From contig CM022669.1 of assembly GCA_012295275.1 (NCBI GenBank), positions 8,742,001 through 8,806,000 on the forward strand: a stretch of DNA of 64,000 nucleotides, in the 5' to 3' direction. Positions 27,549-40,500 of the stretch are shown in pieces. Made by a program: the position numbers and the translations under genes. Below the pieces are notes generated by a model that ran no database searches, had not been told where the DNA came from, and saw only the letters and a list, made by a program, of their open reading frames with translations. How positions within the stretch are numbered: the stretch's first letter is position 1; every line of letters starts with the position of its first letter. The DNA comes from Chrysomallon squamiferum (taxonomy: Eukaryota > Animalia > Mollusca).

Positions 27549-28138
27549 GCTGTCAGTCTAAAGATATGACATTTGAAGTGTTTTTGCTGTCAGTCCAAAG
27601 ATATGACATTTAAAAAGTTTTTTGCTGTCGGTTTAAAGATATGACATTTGAAAAGTATTTACTGTCAGTCTAAAGATATGATATTTGAAGTGTTTTTGCT
27701 GTCAGTCTAAAGATACGATATTAGAAAAAATATATTTGCTGTCAATCTAAAGATATGACATTTAAAAAGTATATTTGCTGTCTAAAGATATGAATTTGAA
27801 AAGTGTATTTGCTGTCAGTCTAAAGATATATTTGAAAAGTGTATTTGATGTCAGTCTAAAGATATGACATTTGAAAAGTGTTTTTGCTATCAGTCTAAAG
27901 ATATGACATTTGAAAAGTGTTTTTGCTATCAGTCTAAAGATATGACATTTAAAAAGTTTTTTGCTGTCAGTTTAAAGATATGACATTTGAAAAGTATATT
28001 TGCTGTCAATCTAAAGATACAGCATTTAAAAAGTGTATTTGCTGTCAGTCTAAAGATATGAATTTGAAAAGTGTATTTGCTGACAGTCTAATGATATATT
28101 TGAAAAGAGTATTTGTTGTCAGTCTAAAGATATGACAT
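27549..28138. repeat. Minisatellite (~37-39 bp unit, ~15-16 copies) overlapping the distal PIAS stop codon
   Basis: gctgtcagtctaaagatatgacatttgaaaagtgtattt repeated; the rightmost copy encodes VISLD-stop on the minus strand. Confidence 0.92.
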
Positions 28139-28238
28139 CACATGTTGTGTCCAGTTTAAAGTGCTGAGGAGCAATCAGTGAGTTGTTGCTGAACACAGGC
28201 TGTGAGTTTAGTTGATCTGTCTGCGATGAGTCAACAGG
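28119..28238 (-). CDS. PIAS: PIAS distal terminal exon [39 protein letters not shown]
   Basis: Acceptor ttatttcag, 40 codons in phase 0, ending DVISLD* like the DIISLD* C-terminus of vertebrate PIAS1/PIASx-beta/PIAS3. Confidence 0.8.
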   Translation of the reverse strand, partial: PVDSSQTDQLNSQPVFSNNSLIAPQHFKLDTTCDVISLD

Positions 28239-31200
28239 CTGAAATAATAATAATAATAACAATAAGAGCTAAAATAATAATAATATATAATAACTACAAA
28301 CAACAGCACCACCATTACTAATATCAGCTTTAAAAAAAAATTGTAATTAATTCCATTTTTGTTTACTTTCCAAAAAAATTGCCACCCACATATAAGTATT
28401 TATCTATCATCTTAACCATTTTTTTTATTTATTTATATTTATGTTTTTTCTAATAACTAATTACACAGAAGCTTAATCATAACTGAATATATTCAGAAGT
28501 CCCTCATTAATTGAATTTTCAATTTTCTTTTCAGATAATCAACCAATGACATTCATCTTGTGATAATTTTTTCATCTGAAGCAACAAGAACTTTTTCTTC
28601 TTTTTTTTCTCCAGCTATTACCATGCTAATTCTAGAGCAGTGAAGTAAAATAGCTGTATGGCAGGAATCCTTTTTCAGGTTAAAGTGCAGAGATGATTCA
28701 GGGCAATCCATGGATAGCATTGTACACTGGAGAGGAACACCATAGATTTGTTGGATTTGTCAGTTTTTTGTTTTCTGGTTGAAGACAAAACGTCTGTAAA
28801 CATCAACTGAGAAAATGACTTTCATATGCTTCAGAAGTTCTGCACACCCCAGTTCTCAGCTGTAGCCAACATGCAAGTATTCCTGTTGTAACTGTTATTT
28901 AAATGAATGCTTAATGATAATGAGTGACTTCTGAACACATAGAATAAGAAAGAGTAATGAACGTTTTATTAAAGAAATAACTGATTTTACCTTAACATTT
29001 CTATTTGTAAGAGGCACTTCATTTTCTGAAAACAGAAACAAAACATTCAAGAATATTACAGAACTCATTAAATTTTAACCTCTAAAAGTCATATAAAATT
29101 TTGAAATATTAAAAAACACAAAGACTAAGAAAAATAAAAGTATCAAAAGGTAATAAATAAAAAACAGTCATGTTGTTATAAATGACTTACTATTTCCGTT
29201 AGTGGGTACTTTTCCAGACAGTATTATTATTTTCATTGGTATGGGTACTTTTTTCAGACAATATTATTATTTTCATTAGTTTCAGTACTTCTTATAGACA
29301 GTTTTATGATTTCTATTAGTATGGTACTAATTTCAGACAGTATTATTATTTCCATTAATGTGGATACTTATTTCAGATAATATTATTATTTACATTAGTG
29401 TCAGTACTTCTTACAGACAATATTATTTCCATACAGCAATGTAATAAAACTGATATTTCTTACAGACAGTACAATACAACACTTGTTACTAACAACACAA
29501 TACAGTGGATACTTCTTATAGACATATATATATTACAAATGACAGTGGATACTTATTACAGACAATACAATACAGTGGATACTTCTTACAGACAATACGT
29601 TACAAATAATAAAGGGTATTTCTAACAGACAATACATTACAACTTATAGACAACATGACTAACAGTGGGTACTTCTTATAGAGAAAACATTACAAATGAT
29701 AGTCAGTACTTCCTACAGACAGTGGAGTAACAGTTGATGGTGGATATTCCTACAGACAGTGCAGTACAACTGATGGTGAATACGTCCTATAGACAATACA
29801 GTAACAATTGACAGTGGATATTCCTACAGACAATGCAGTACAGCTGATGGTGGATACGTCCTACAGACAATGCAGTAACAATTGACAGTGGATATGTCCT
29901 ACAGACAATGCAGTACAGCTGATGGTGGATACATCCTACAGACAATGCAGTAACAATTGACAGTGGATATGTCCTACAGACAATGCAGTAACAATTGACG
30001 GTGGATGTTCCTACAGACAGTGCAGTAACAGCTGATGGTGGATATGTCCTACAGACAGTGCAGTAACAATTGACAGTGGATATGTCCTACAGACAATGCA
30101 GTACAACTGATGGTGAATGTCCTACAGACAATGCAGTACAACTGATGGTGAATATGTCCTACAGACACTGCAGTAACAACTGATGGTTGATACATCTTAT
30201 AGACAATGCAGTACAACTGATGGTGGATATGTCCTTTAGACAATGCAGTGACAACTGATGGTAGATACTTCTAGAAGACAGTGCAGTATAAAGGATACAG
30301 ATATCTCTGTTCAGATACAATGATTGATAATGGATACAATTAAGCCTTGATTTAATTTTTTTTATTATTATTATTATTATTATTGTTTTCTGTTAATTAT
30401 TAACTCTCTATTACAATACTTACCATTATACAACATTCTCTTTGAATCAGCTCTGACAAGTTTTGGCATGGGTCTGTATACTGGCATTTGAGAATACAGA
30501 ACATGTTTTGGATGTAAAACAGGGTTTTTATTTACAGTGGCCTGGGAGAGTTGAGGTAATCCTGCTGCTGCAGAAGTTGTAATAAGAAATGGCAGTGAGG
30601 CAGTGTTTGGTGGAGGAACTTTCTGAGCAGTGCTGATAGATAACACTTTGTTCTTGTTGTTACTGAAAAACACAATTCTTGTTAGTAGTAATAAACATGT
30701 TAGTCACAAATGTGTTTGTTATGTGTGTGTTACTGAACATGAGTCTGAGGTGTGCAGTTTACTACATTTCCCAGCCACACACAAAATTCCATAATTCAGA
30801 CTACCATACACACATACAGGTACAGACACACATACAAGTACAGACACACATGCACACCACCAGTATTATGGTATAATTATGTGTAACAAGATGTCTTTAA
30901 GTAACATGATTTAAGTACAAATAAAAAATATAAAAAAAGTCAGTTAACTAAAAAACAACATGAATATATGCGTGAAAACATTAGTAAAGAGAAAACCTTA
31001 AATTAGTAAAAATTGTTTTAAATGATTTTTAGGTTGCTATTACTATTTAAAATGATTAAACAACACAAAGACACTAACTGATGCCAGTGTAAGCAAAGAA
31101 TTTTATCAGGTTTCAAGTCATTTTTTTTTTTTTTTTGGAGGGGGGATTTGATTTTATCTAATTTATCAAACATTTTACAATTTTATTCATGTGGAAAAAC

Positions 31201-34200
31201 TTATAATTTTTAATAAAAACAGTTAGAATGGGAAGAAATTTCATCTCCAAAGTCTGGTCATTTCACAATGTATCTAGTGCTCCATAAACAGGTATTTATC
31301 AAAGATGTAGGTTCAATTAGTTTTTCATAAACAATTAGCATCAGCCTTGTAAATTTGTGTAATATCTATTGTAAAATGTGTTTAGTTGCATGTAATCTAT
31401 AGAGAAATCTGTGTACAAGACAACTGCATGCAATCTATTGTGAAATGTGTGTATGAGACAATTGTATGTAATCAACTGTGAAGTGTGTGAGACAACTGTA
31501 TGCATTCTATTGTGAAATGTGTAAAAGACAATTGTATGCATTCTATTGTGAAATGTGTGTATGAGACAACTGTATGTAATCATTTGTGAAATGCATGTAT
31601 TCCAATTACATGAAATCTATTGTGAATATTCATATATAAGCAAACAGTAGGTAATCTATTGTGAAATGCATGAAGTGTATGTAATCTATTGTGAAGTGAA
31701 TGTACAAGACAATGATATAAATTCATTCTCATATAGCCATTATAAAACCGTATTTTTAAACATAAATCCAGCATTCATTTATGCCACACAAAATGAAAGT
31801 TAATTAAGCTAGGTATCCATGACAACTGACTATTCAGTTCAAAATATAACATACCTAAGTCTTCCTTGCTCACAACAAAGTGCAAGTCAGAATCATGAGG
31901 ACAAGTGAACACAGAAAGTTACAATATAGCTTATCATCATTACCATCATCATCAAACTATTTTAAAATACATGAATATGTTGGATGTAGGAATATGAATA
32001 TTTATTTGAAATATATATAAATATTTATTTGAAATATATATATATATTTATTTGAAATATATATATATATATATCAGGCCGTAACTAGACTCTTTTTGAA
32101 ATGAAGCAAAAACACTTAACCACCCAGTGGAGCGGGGCAAAATAATTTGGGCGAGGAGTCTGGGGGCTGCCTCAGGCCCCCAGAAGCTCTGACCTGGAAG
32201 ACACTAAATGACAACATGATTTGCATCAGGGCAAGAACCAGGCTAAGACTGAAATGTGTGAAAAGGATTCTGTATGCCTTAAATCATCCTAGTCAGCTAA
32301 GTCTTTCATCGCAACAATGTCAGTAAACTTCAAACAGTAACTGTAGACATAAAAAAATTCATTCAGTGGATATCGTTTCTGTCGGAATAGAGATTTATAT
32401 TTTATATTTTTTAAATAAAATCTTTGTATATAAAAAATAAATAAATAAATAAAAACTAAAAATCATCAATTTTGGTTCGAGGCATTTCCCTCAGTGTAGT
32501 TACAGACAAGTGTATATATTCACTTTTTGTTAATACTTAACTGAGGTATTTCTGTAATTATATTACTATAGCCAAGTGATGTTTTATTTATTAAAATGTA
32601 CATTTTATGATTTGCAAATAAACACATTTTGAACATTCAGTGTGTTCATTTCATTATTAATTTTCATCTTATTCATTCAGAACTTACTTTATTAAACTAT
32701 TTTTATTGGAGATCTGAAATTAGATTGTTGTATTAAAAACTTAATTTCTGCAAAGACATTCAAAGTATAAATGATTTTAAACAATCTTATACCAGCCATT
32801 TCCTTTCCAGCTGGTATTCAAACAAAATATAATGCACAAAGGAGGCAGGATTTATTAAGATTTTCAGTCAAAATTGAGTTATTTGGTTATTCAAAACTGT
32901 TCTTACATGTACTTTATCAAATACTTTGTACATGATAAACTTTAGTCAAATTAATTCTCATAAAGAGAATTATAAAGTTAAATTTATCTAGAGTCAATCT
33001 TTTATTTATTTTCAAGAAATGAGAAATAACATGAAAAAAACAATATTCATTATAAAACAGATTATAAACACTTCTTCAATAGTGCAGTTCCTGCAGTTTT
33101 TTGTAACTTAAATACTTAAATATGTAACTTAGATAATTTCAATTATAGTCATGACTGACATCACTCATATTGTCACTTATTTAAATATTATTTCATATTT
33201 AACATGTTTATGTCCACCACTGTGTGCGTATTTGCCAACTCCCACACATCTGAATCCTTTCTGCTACACTCATGAGTCCTAATACTCTGACAAAAATAAA
33301 AAATCCTTGCTAATTTTCAAATGCATAACCCAGACACAAGTACAGTATATCTCTCAACACAAGCTGCACACAATCATCCCACTGTTAATTATCATTTCTA
33401 GACAGAGAGAAGTCCCTCGTAACTCTTGCTTGGCAATGAATTGTGATTTTCTTATTCTATGCCATCAATGACAATATCATATAATGTGGTATAAAAAAAA
33501 CCCAGATGTTAATCTCCTTTCCTTGAAAAATGAACTCATTTTACCAGATATTAGCATTTTTTGAGTTTTGTCATTTAAACACAAAAATAGGAACTTCCAA
33601 TATTACCCCCAAAATTACATTTCTCCATCAGAATCCTACTAACTCCTGCAGGCTGGTGAAGAAGCCTTGGCAGGTCTGAGTATGTGGAATCTAACAATTT
33701 ATTTTCTATTACAATTTTCTGATTTTCAGCATGTAACCTGAACCACTTGATTGATTTCAACCCATTCTAATTTTTTTTTTTTTTAAAATAAAAATATGAA
33801 AGGTTATATTTTCTCCATCAAATAACAGAATGTACAGTCCACTGAATAATTCCATTTGTCACTTTATGGTGTGTGGTATCTTGACGTGGATGTCATATGT
33901 AAGACATCATTTGCTTATAACAACTAATCAGACTAATAGTGGAAGAGGTTTCCTCTTCCATTATGAAATCACATAATATCAGTTCAACTAAAAGGCACAG
34001 CACAACTAAGCTTACAGTAATCTGAAGTAATTAAAGACATTTTTCATTAATATTCACAACCTAATAGTGATAAAATTGAATGCATTTTCAGTGATTCCAA
34101 AATATGCTCATTTTTCTTTCAATTATAAACATAAAAGAAATAAAATAATAATAATAAAGTTGAAATAATTTCTTACATCTGAACTATACTGATGCCCCCA

Positions 34201-34567
34201 GTTTTTTTTTTTTTTTTTTATCTTTCATAATTATTTCATAACTTTTCAAAGCTGTATAAAATACAGAGAACTGATGTTTTCAACAGAACATGTCAACTTT
34301 TTTTTTTTTTTGGAAGTAAGAAAATCATTTATACCAAAAACAGTTAGAAAGTAATATAAAAACAACCAAAAGCATTGAATTTCTATACATGTATTCTGTT
34401 GTAAACATCTATGTCCTCAAACATGTCAGAAAAAGGACAAAGACAAGTACATTTAGAAATATTTAATTTAACATTTTTCTTTTCATCTCGACATGTTCAT
34501 ATTATAGACAAGTGACTGTACATTTAACATATTAAATACAAAATATGATAATAAAATAAGAATAATG

Positions 34568-34599
<32 letters not shown>

Positions 34600-37500
34600 T
34601 ATAATAATAATAATAATAATAAAAGAGGTATTTATATATTTTATATGCTGATACACAATCAGTTATTATTCTTGTTAGATCCACAGCATTTATCATACAG
34701 AAAACACACAACTTAAATTCTTAACAGAATCATTTTATTATTCTACATTTATGTGCCCAGCCTTTTTTTTTTATTACTTCAAATTATTAAAAATATATAT
34801 ATATATATGTAAATATGTATGTTTGTAATTATTTCCAAAAGCAATTTAACTCCTAAAAATATGGCAAAAAATACAACTATCTTTTATGCATAATATTTGG
34901 ATTAAGTAAATTTTGTATGTAATATTATAAAAATCACAGGCTTCTGAAAATGATTCTGTTGAGACTAGTCAGTGAATATAAATATTGTGGAAATAAAAAC
35001 ATCACAGAACACATGTATACAAAGTCTCTGCTACTGCTCTGACATCACAATGATCTGACTAGGACTGACATGTTTAAACATACATCCAGCTACCTGTAGC
35101 ACTTGTCAACATTAAGATTTGTTTATGTATTTCATGTTAAATTTTCATGTTAAACTGAGTTGAATAATAATGCTATAAATAAAAATATGTTTCCAAATTT
35201 GTTTCTTCTCAACTTTTTGTAATCATTAACAAATAAAAGGCAATTTGAATGTACAGAGCTTTTTGTAACTTTATACAATTAGCTGAACAGATCAACAATT
35301 TCACACTGATAATTATCGACATGATTTCATATACAAATCACAACATTTATCTTTAACTAAAACAACAAACTTCTAATTTCTTTTAGATGCACTTAAATTA
35401 ATTTTAAAACATTAAAAATAAAAAATAATAACAAATTTAAATAAACAAAAGTAACAATAATAAAATAACTAAAATAAAATAGAAAATAATTTAAAAAAAA
35501 AAAAAAAAAGAAAAAAAGAAAAATATAATAAAATAACTAAAATAAAATAGAAAATAAGTTAAAAAAAAAAAAAAAAAAAAAATTGCAGTAAGTCAGACAG
35601 TTGTTTTAAGAATTCCTGAGTTAATGTCACAGACCAGTGGTTTCACATCATGAATGTCAATTGTCTCCAATTTGTAAATTAATACAAGAATCAAAGGTAC
35701 GTGTGACAATAATCTGACTTATTTACACACACACAGAAATACACAGACATTATCATGTTATATCACATCACTGAAAATGTTATACTGGTCACAATAAGAT
35801 AAGGGCCAATGTCTTGGGACACTGGATGTCAGAATGGAACTGTTGTTTAACTGAGCTACGAGGAAAGCATGGTCCAGGGTAGTTTAATGAAGAAATGTAC
35901 TGTCATCTTAGCTCAGTCAAACATGCAACTGTTGTTTCCTGCAGTTTTTCTTGTTGTAAAAATTAAAAGAAATAAAAATATATATATAAAAAAAATATCA
36001 AATGGTACGATTCATTTTACAGCAAGATTTAACTGAACTTTTTTGACTGATCAAACAAACTGCAAGTCATAGGAAAACGTAGGCCCTTACCTTGTGAGCA
36101 GTATACATTTAATTTCAGAATTTCACTGCAGATACTCTTACACACTAACTACAGTGACACTTGCACTGTAGCAATCATTGTTTCTTCTGTATCAGGCAAC
36201 ATGTTTGAATGTAACCTGGATACTTGTTATTAAGCTGTGTTAGTATAAATGTGCACACAAAGATGGACAGTGATCTGCCTGATCAACTGTACAATTCACG
36301 ACTCTCATCTGAGGCTCAAAGCTGGCTCTGTCCACCCAGTATTCTATATATATATATTTATATAGTACCATGAGAAATGAATCAACATGTATGAAAAATG
36401 AACCCTGTCAGTAAGGTGAAAATCTCTGCATTAAAACATCTACATTCATCCACTCACACAAATATAGTTTGTTCTCTTGAGATAATATCACTCCTAATAA
36501 AATAAATTATGTACATAGTAATACTTGTAAGAACATCGATATTTGCTTGGATTGGTTATTTGTGGCACAAGAGTGTTTTTTTCCTTAATACACTTATTTA
36601 TTTGACTTTGTGATCATTTCACAAGACAATCATGTCAGTTTAAAACTTTACAAATCAATCACCAAATATTACATTATCAATCTGCTTTAGAATAACTAAA
36701 ATATCCAAGAATTATTGGTCCAGTACCGTTTTGTGATAAATGTAACAAAATCTCTCAGAAAGCACCGATTACTTTGTAAACACACTATTTTTTTTATTAC
36801 TCTATTTTGGCCCTTTAATTCATGAGGAATTTACATCTTCTGCACATTATAATTTGTTGTGAATAACAGAATCGAGTGCACTTTGAATAACTCTTCATCA
36901 TACTGTAACCCACAGAAGTATTACATGCAAACAAGTTACATCTTACCTGTTACACTAACACTGGTCTTACTCACATTTACTGCAATCTCAAATATATTCA
37001 TATTTATTTCTATGCTGCAACCTAACAACTCTTTATTTACTTGATGGTAAGAAAATGTCACTTTTACTAATAGAGTAAAAACTGAGGTCCTATACATTTC
37101 CAGTTATTTTTCATCTAGTCCATGACTCTATACAGTAATCTGAGGTCATAGTCCTTAACATCTGTCAGTCAATAAATATTAATTTTTCTTTCTTTCTAGT
37201 ATTAAATTTCAACAGTCAGTTAGTTATGTACCTGTTGTTAGTCACAAAGGTTTGTCAGTATATATCTTTCTTGTGTCTAAGTAGTTGTTAGTCAATACTC
37301 AAGCTGGTTAACATTCTTAAGACCAGCATCGTTCTTGTTTCTGACTTAGGAAATAACTTACACAGTAAGAAAGTAACCGTGATGGCTGAACTAATGTGGC
37401 CTTGTTAATACTATTTCTCAGACACAACTCACCAAGACAAACCCTGCAGGAACTCCTCGAACTCCCTGTCAGACAGAGCATCCAAATTTAATGTGGCTAA

Positions 37501-40500
37501 AGACTGATTTGCCAAAGACTGAGCCGAGGTGGGTGCAGGCGGTAGTGGGTTGGAAGAAATGGGTATCGTGCTAGTTGCTGTCGGGAGTGTACTGGGAACT
37601 ATACCAGTGTACAAGTTAAGTGGTGGCGGAACAGGAGTAGGGGCAGGATTGAGTATTGGTAAAGGAGGGGGTGGTAGAGTGGAGGGCACTGTAGTGGATG
37701 TGTGTGGAGAAAACGACAGTCGTGGGGACACAGGCGACAGGGAGGGCTGTGGTGAACTGAGGGGCGACTGAGAGCCTGATTGACTTGACGGATTTGACAA
37801 CACAACTGTGGCTGGACTGTTTGAGATAGACCGACTGGAACTTGCATGGGGTGGAGTGGGTGTATCAAGATTGATCACCCCTGGACTCACGCACCCTAGA
37901 CCTGATGGTCGACTGTTTGATCTGGGTGGTTCTTCATCTTCATCATCATCTGACACAGTAAGATCAATGACATCAGTGTGAATTCTCTTGGCTGGAGACG
38001 CATCTGTTAAAACAATTTCTGTATTTATTTAACATAAAAATACTAATTTGTATAGTCGCTAAATACATATTTTATATTTAAATACCAATAATTATTGAAC
38101 GTTAAACTATCAGTCTGTACATTCATTTAAATATTTATTTTACATTAAAACTATAGTTAATTGATGATTGCTGAAAACTGAAGTTAAAACAAAATAATTA
38201 ACTAAATAACAATTATAGTAATAAAGAAATTGAAAAAGTGCAATGATAATTACTTTTTGTTTAAAAGTTGTCAACTGAATATCTTTTAACTATTTTAAAT
38301 TATTTCTTTTTTTTAAATATTTCAAAAGTGATGAACAAAACTATGTTTAAGATGGGTTTGTACTGAGTAAATTAACAGCTGAAACTACCTGAAGACTGAC
38401 TAGTAGATGAAGAATGTGCTGCAGATTTTACAACAGGACTTGATATTACATGAGTTTCTTTGTTCTGTCGCAATGGACTCCAGCTGCCATCTTCATGGAA
38501 CTGAATATCAGTAGTCATGGAATTGCGCAGTATGTCAACAAAATACCTGTAAAATTTATATTTTTATCATTGCAATGAACATTTTAATACTTCATATAAA
38601 TATCACTCTTACAAAACATTTCATTTTTTATAATTTTTTTACTTCATATTTCTCATAAAACTTTTTAAATACTTTTTAATGCCATATAGTTAAAACTAAC
38701 CTGGTAGTCCTAAATTAATGTGACAATCACAACACAATGCACTATATTATACATTTTAATATGCTAGCTTGACATTTTAGTGTTCGAAACATCTTTTGGA
38801 TAGAACCTATATTGAATACATGAGTATCATTTCTTATATAAATCTTATTTAAATACTATTCTAAAGAATTTTAGGTATTTTATTTATGTGATAAAGTTAC
38901 TACTCAGGTGCTGTTGGACATTAAAATGTGTATGATTTCATTAATATCTTACCCATCTATCATAAGTTTGTCAAAGGGTGCTGGTTTATCACAAACAGGA
39001 CATATCCATGTGGGTTTCTTTTCATTCATCATCAGAAATGTCTGTGCATCAAAACACTGCAGATGTGTACATGTACTTGGTCGACATGGAATGGAAAGTT
39101 TCATTTTTCCAAGCTGTTATAAGCAAAACAAAAACTTTGAACAAAACACTGACACAAACAATCAATAATAACAGCACCAACATCATAAAGAATAGCCATT
39201 AATATTAAATCAAGAATCTGACAGACAGGGAAACAAGGAAACTTTAAGTAAAGACAGTAAACATTATAAATGAAGTGCTACATACCGGACATAACAGAGA
39301 CACTCGTAGACTAGTTGTAGCAATTTCACTATCTGGATCTTGTGTCAGCTTCTCTTTGACTGCACAAACAAAAACAAAATATCTCATCAAGAACTGAAAA
39401 CTGAATACTAACACTGACAATGAAAAGAACCATTTCACTACTTCCTAACCTTCGTGACAAGCATACCATGTTCTTTTTTTTATAAAAAAAAGTTTAAAAC
39501 AACATTACAAAATATGAATGACATTATAGCATCTGAATATGCTGTAATGGTTTTTAACAAATAATCTTCTAAATGTTAATTTTTTATTTATTTACAATAA
39601 TAATATTACTGAAATAAATGGAGGGTTTTAATAAAAGAGGTGACCATTTCCTTTTTATCTGAAAAAGTTAAAAAAACAAAACAAACAACAACAACAAATG
39701 TCCTGTTTCTTTTTCTTCTACACTGATGACAAATAACAATGAGTAAAGAATTCTCAAGTGATTATAAAAATCCTTTAGAATATTTATTTCAAAGTAAATA
39801 TTAAAACAGACTGCAGTAACAAAAACAATAATCTCACTTAATGCTTTGGTGTGATCTGGGTGTCTGTTGCCAAACTGTTTCAGTCGATGGAAAAGAATGT
39901 CCGAAGTCAATCTCCTCACCAAGTATACTGATAGACAGTAACCCTGTAAAATATTGAAATAACATTACATTGACATACAGTAATCCTGTAAAATATCAAA
40001 ATAGCTTAATATTACATAGGATAGTAATGGTCAACATTTCACTGGTAGACAGTATCCATGAAAAGTATTAAAATAGCTTAACATTACTCCAATAGACAGT
40101 ATCCATGAAAAGTTTTAAAATAACATTACTCTGATAGACAGTAACCTTGAGAAAAGTATTAAAATAATTTAACACTCATAGACAATAACCATCTGAAGTA
40201 TTAAAATAACAACTTTACATTGACAGACAGTGACTCTGTTAAGTATTAAAATAATTTAACATTAAATCTCTGAGATATCATCAGTCTCCTAGTGAGTCGA
40301 GTAAAACCTCAGTTTAAATTTTTTTTATTTTTTAAATTAACAACCTTTTTTAAAAATAAATTCAGATGTTTCATTACTTTATTTAAAACATGTCACACTC
40401 TACTATACTTACTACACTTCAATGAACTCTATAGAAACACTAAGTAATATTATTCAAAGTTAGTAAAGCAATAGAAAACACTTTTTGTTAAAATGATAAA

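Noticed and set aside
28500-28930. Additional PIAS coding exon in this slightly GC-richer stretch
   Set aside because: Acceptors at 28931 and 28794 run into stops in the tested phases and are not needed to join 28991 to 28238; cannot exclude a minor terminal exon.
27549-30290. Regular ~36-39 bp repeats resembling CRISPR arrays
   Set aside because: Head-to-tail units without unique spacers, no cas genes, eukaryotic intron/UTR context.
33575-33760. 61-aa minus-strand ORF as a PIAS exon
   Set aside because: No convincing acceptor/donor pair or motif.
37529-39202. Overlapping ORFs at 37529, 37599, 38908, 38928 and 38978
   Set aside because: Alternative-frame or antisense shadows of PIAS exons.
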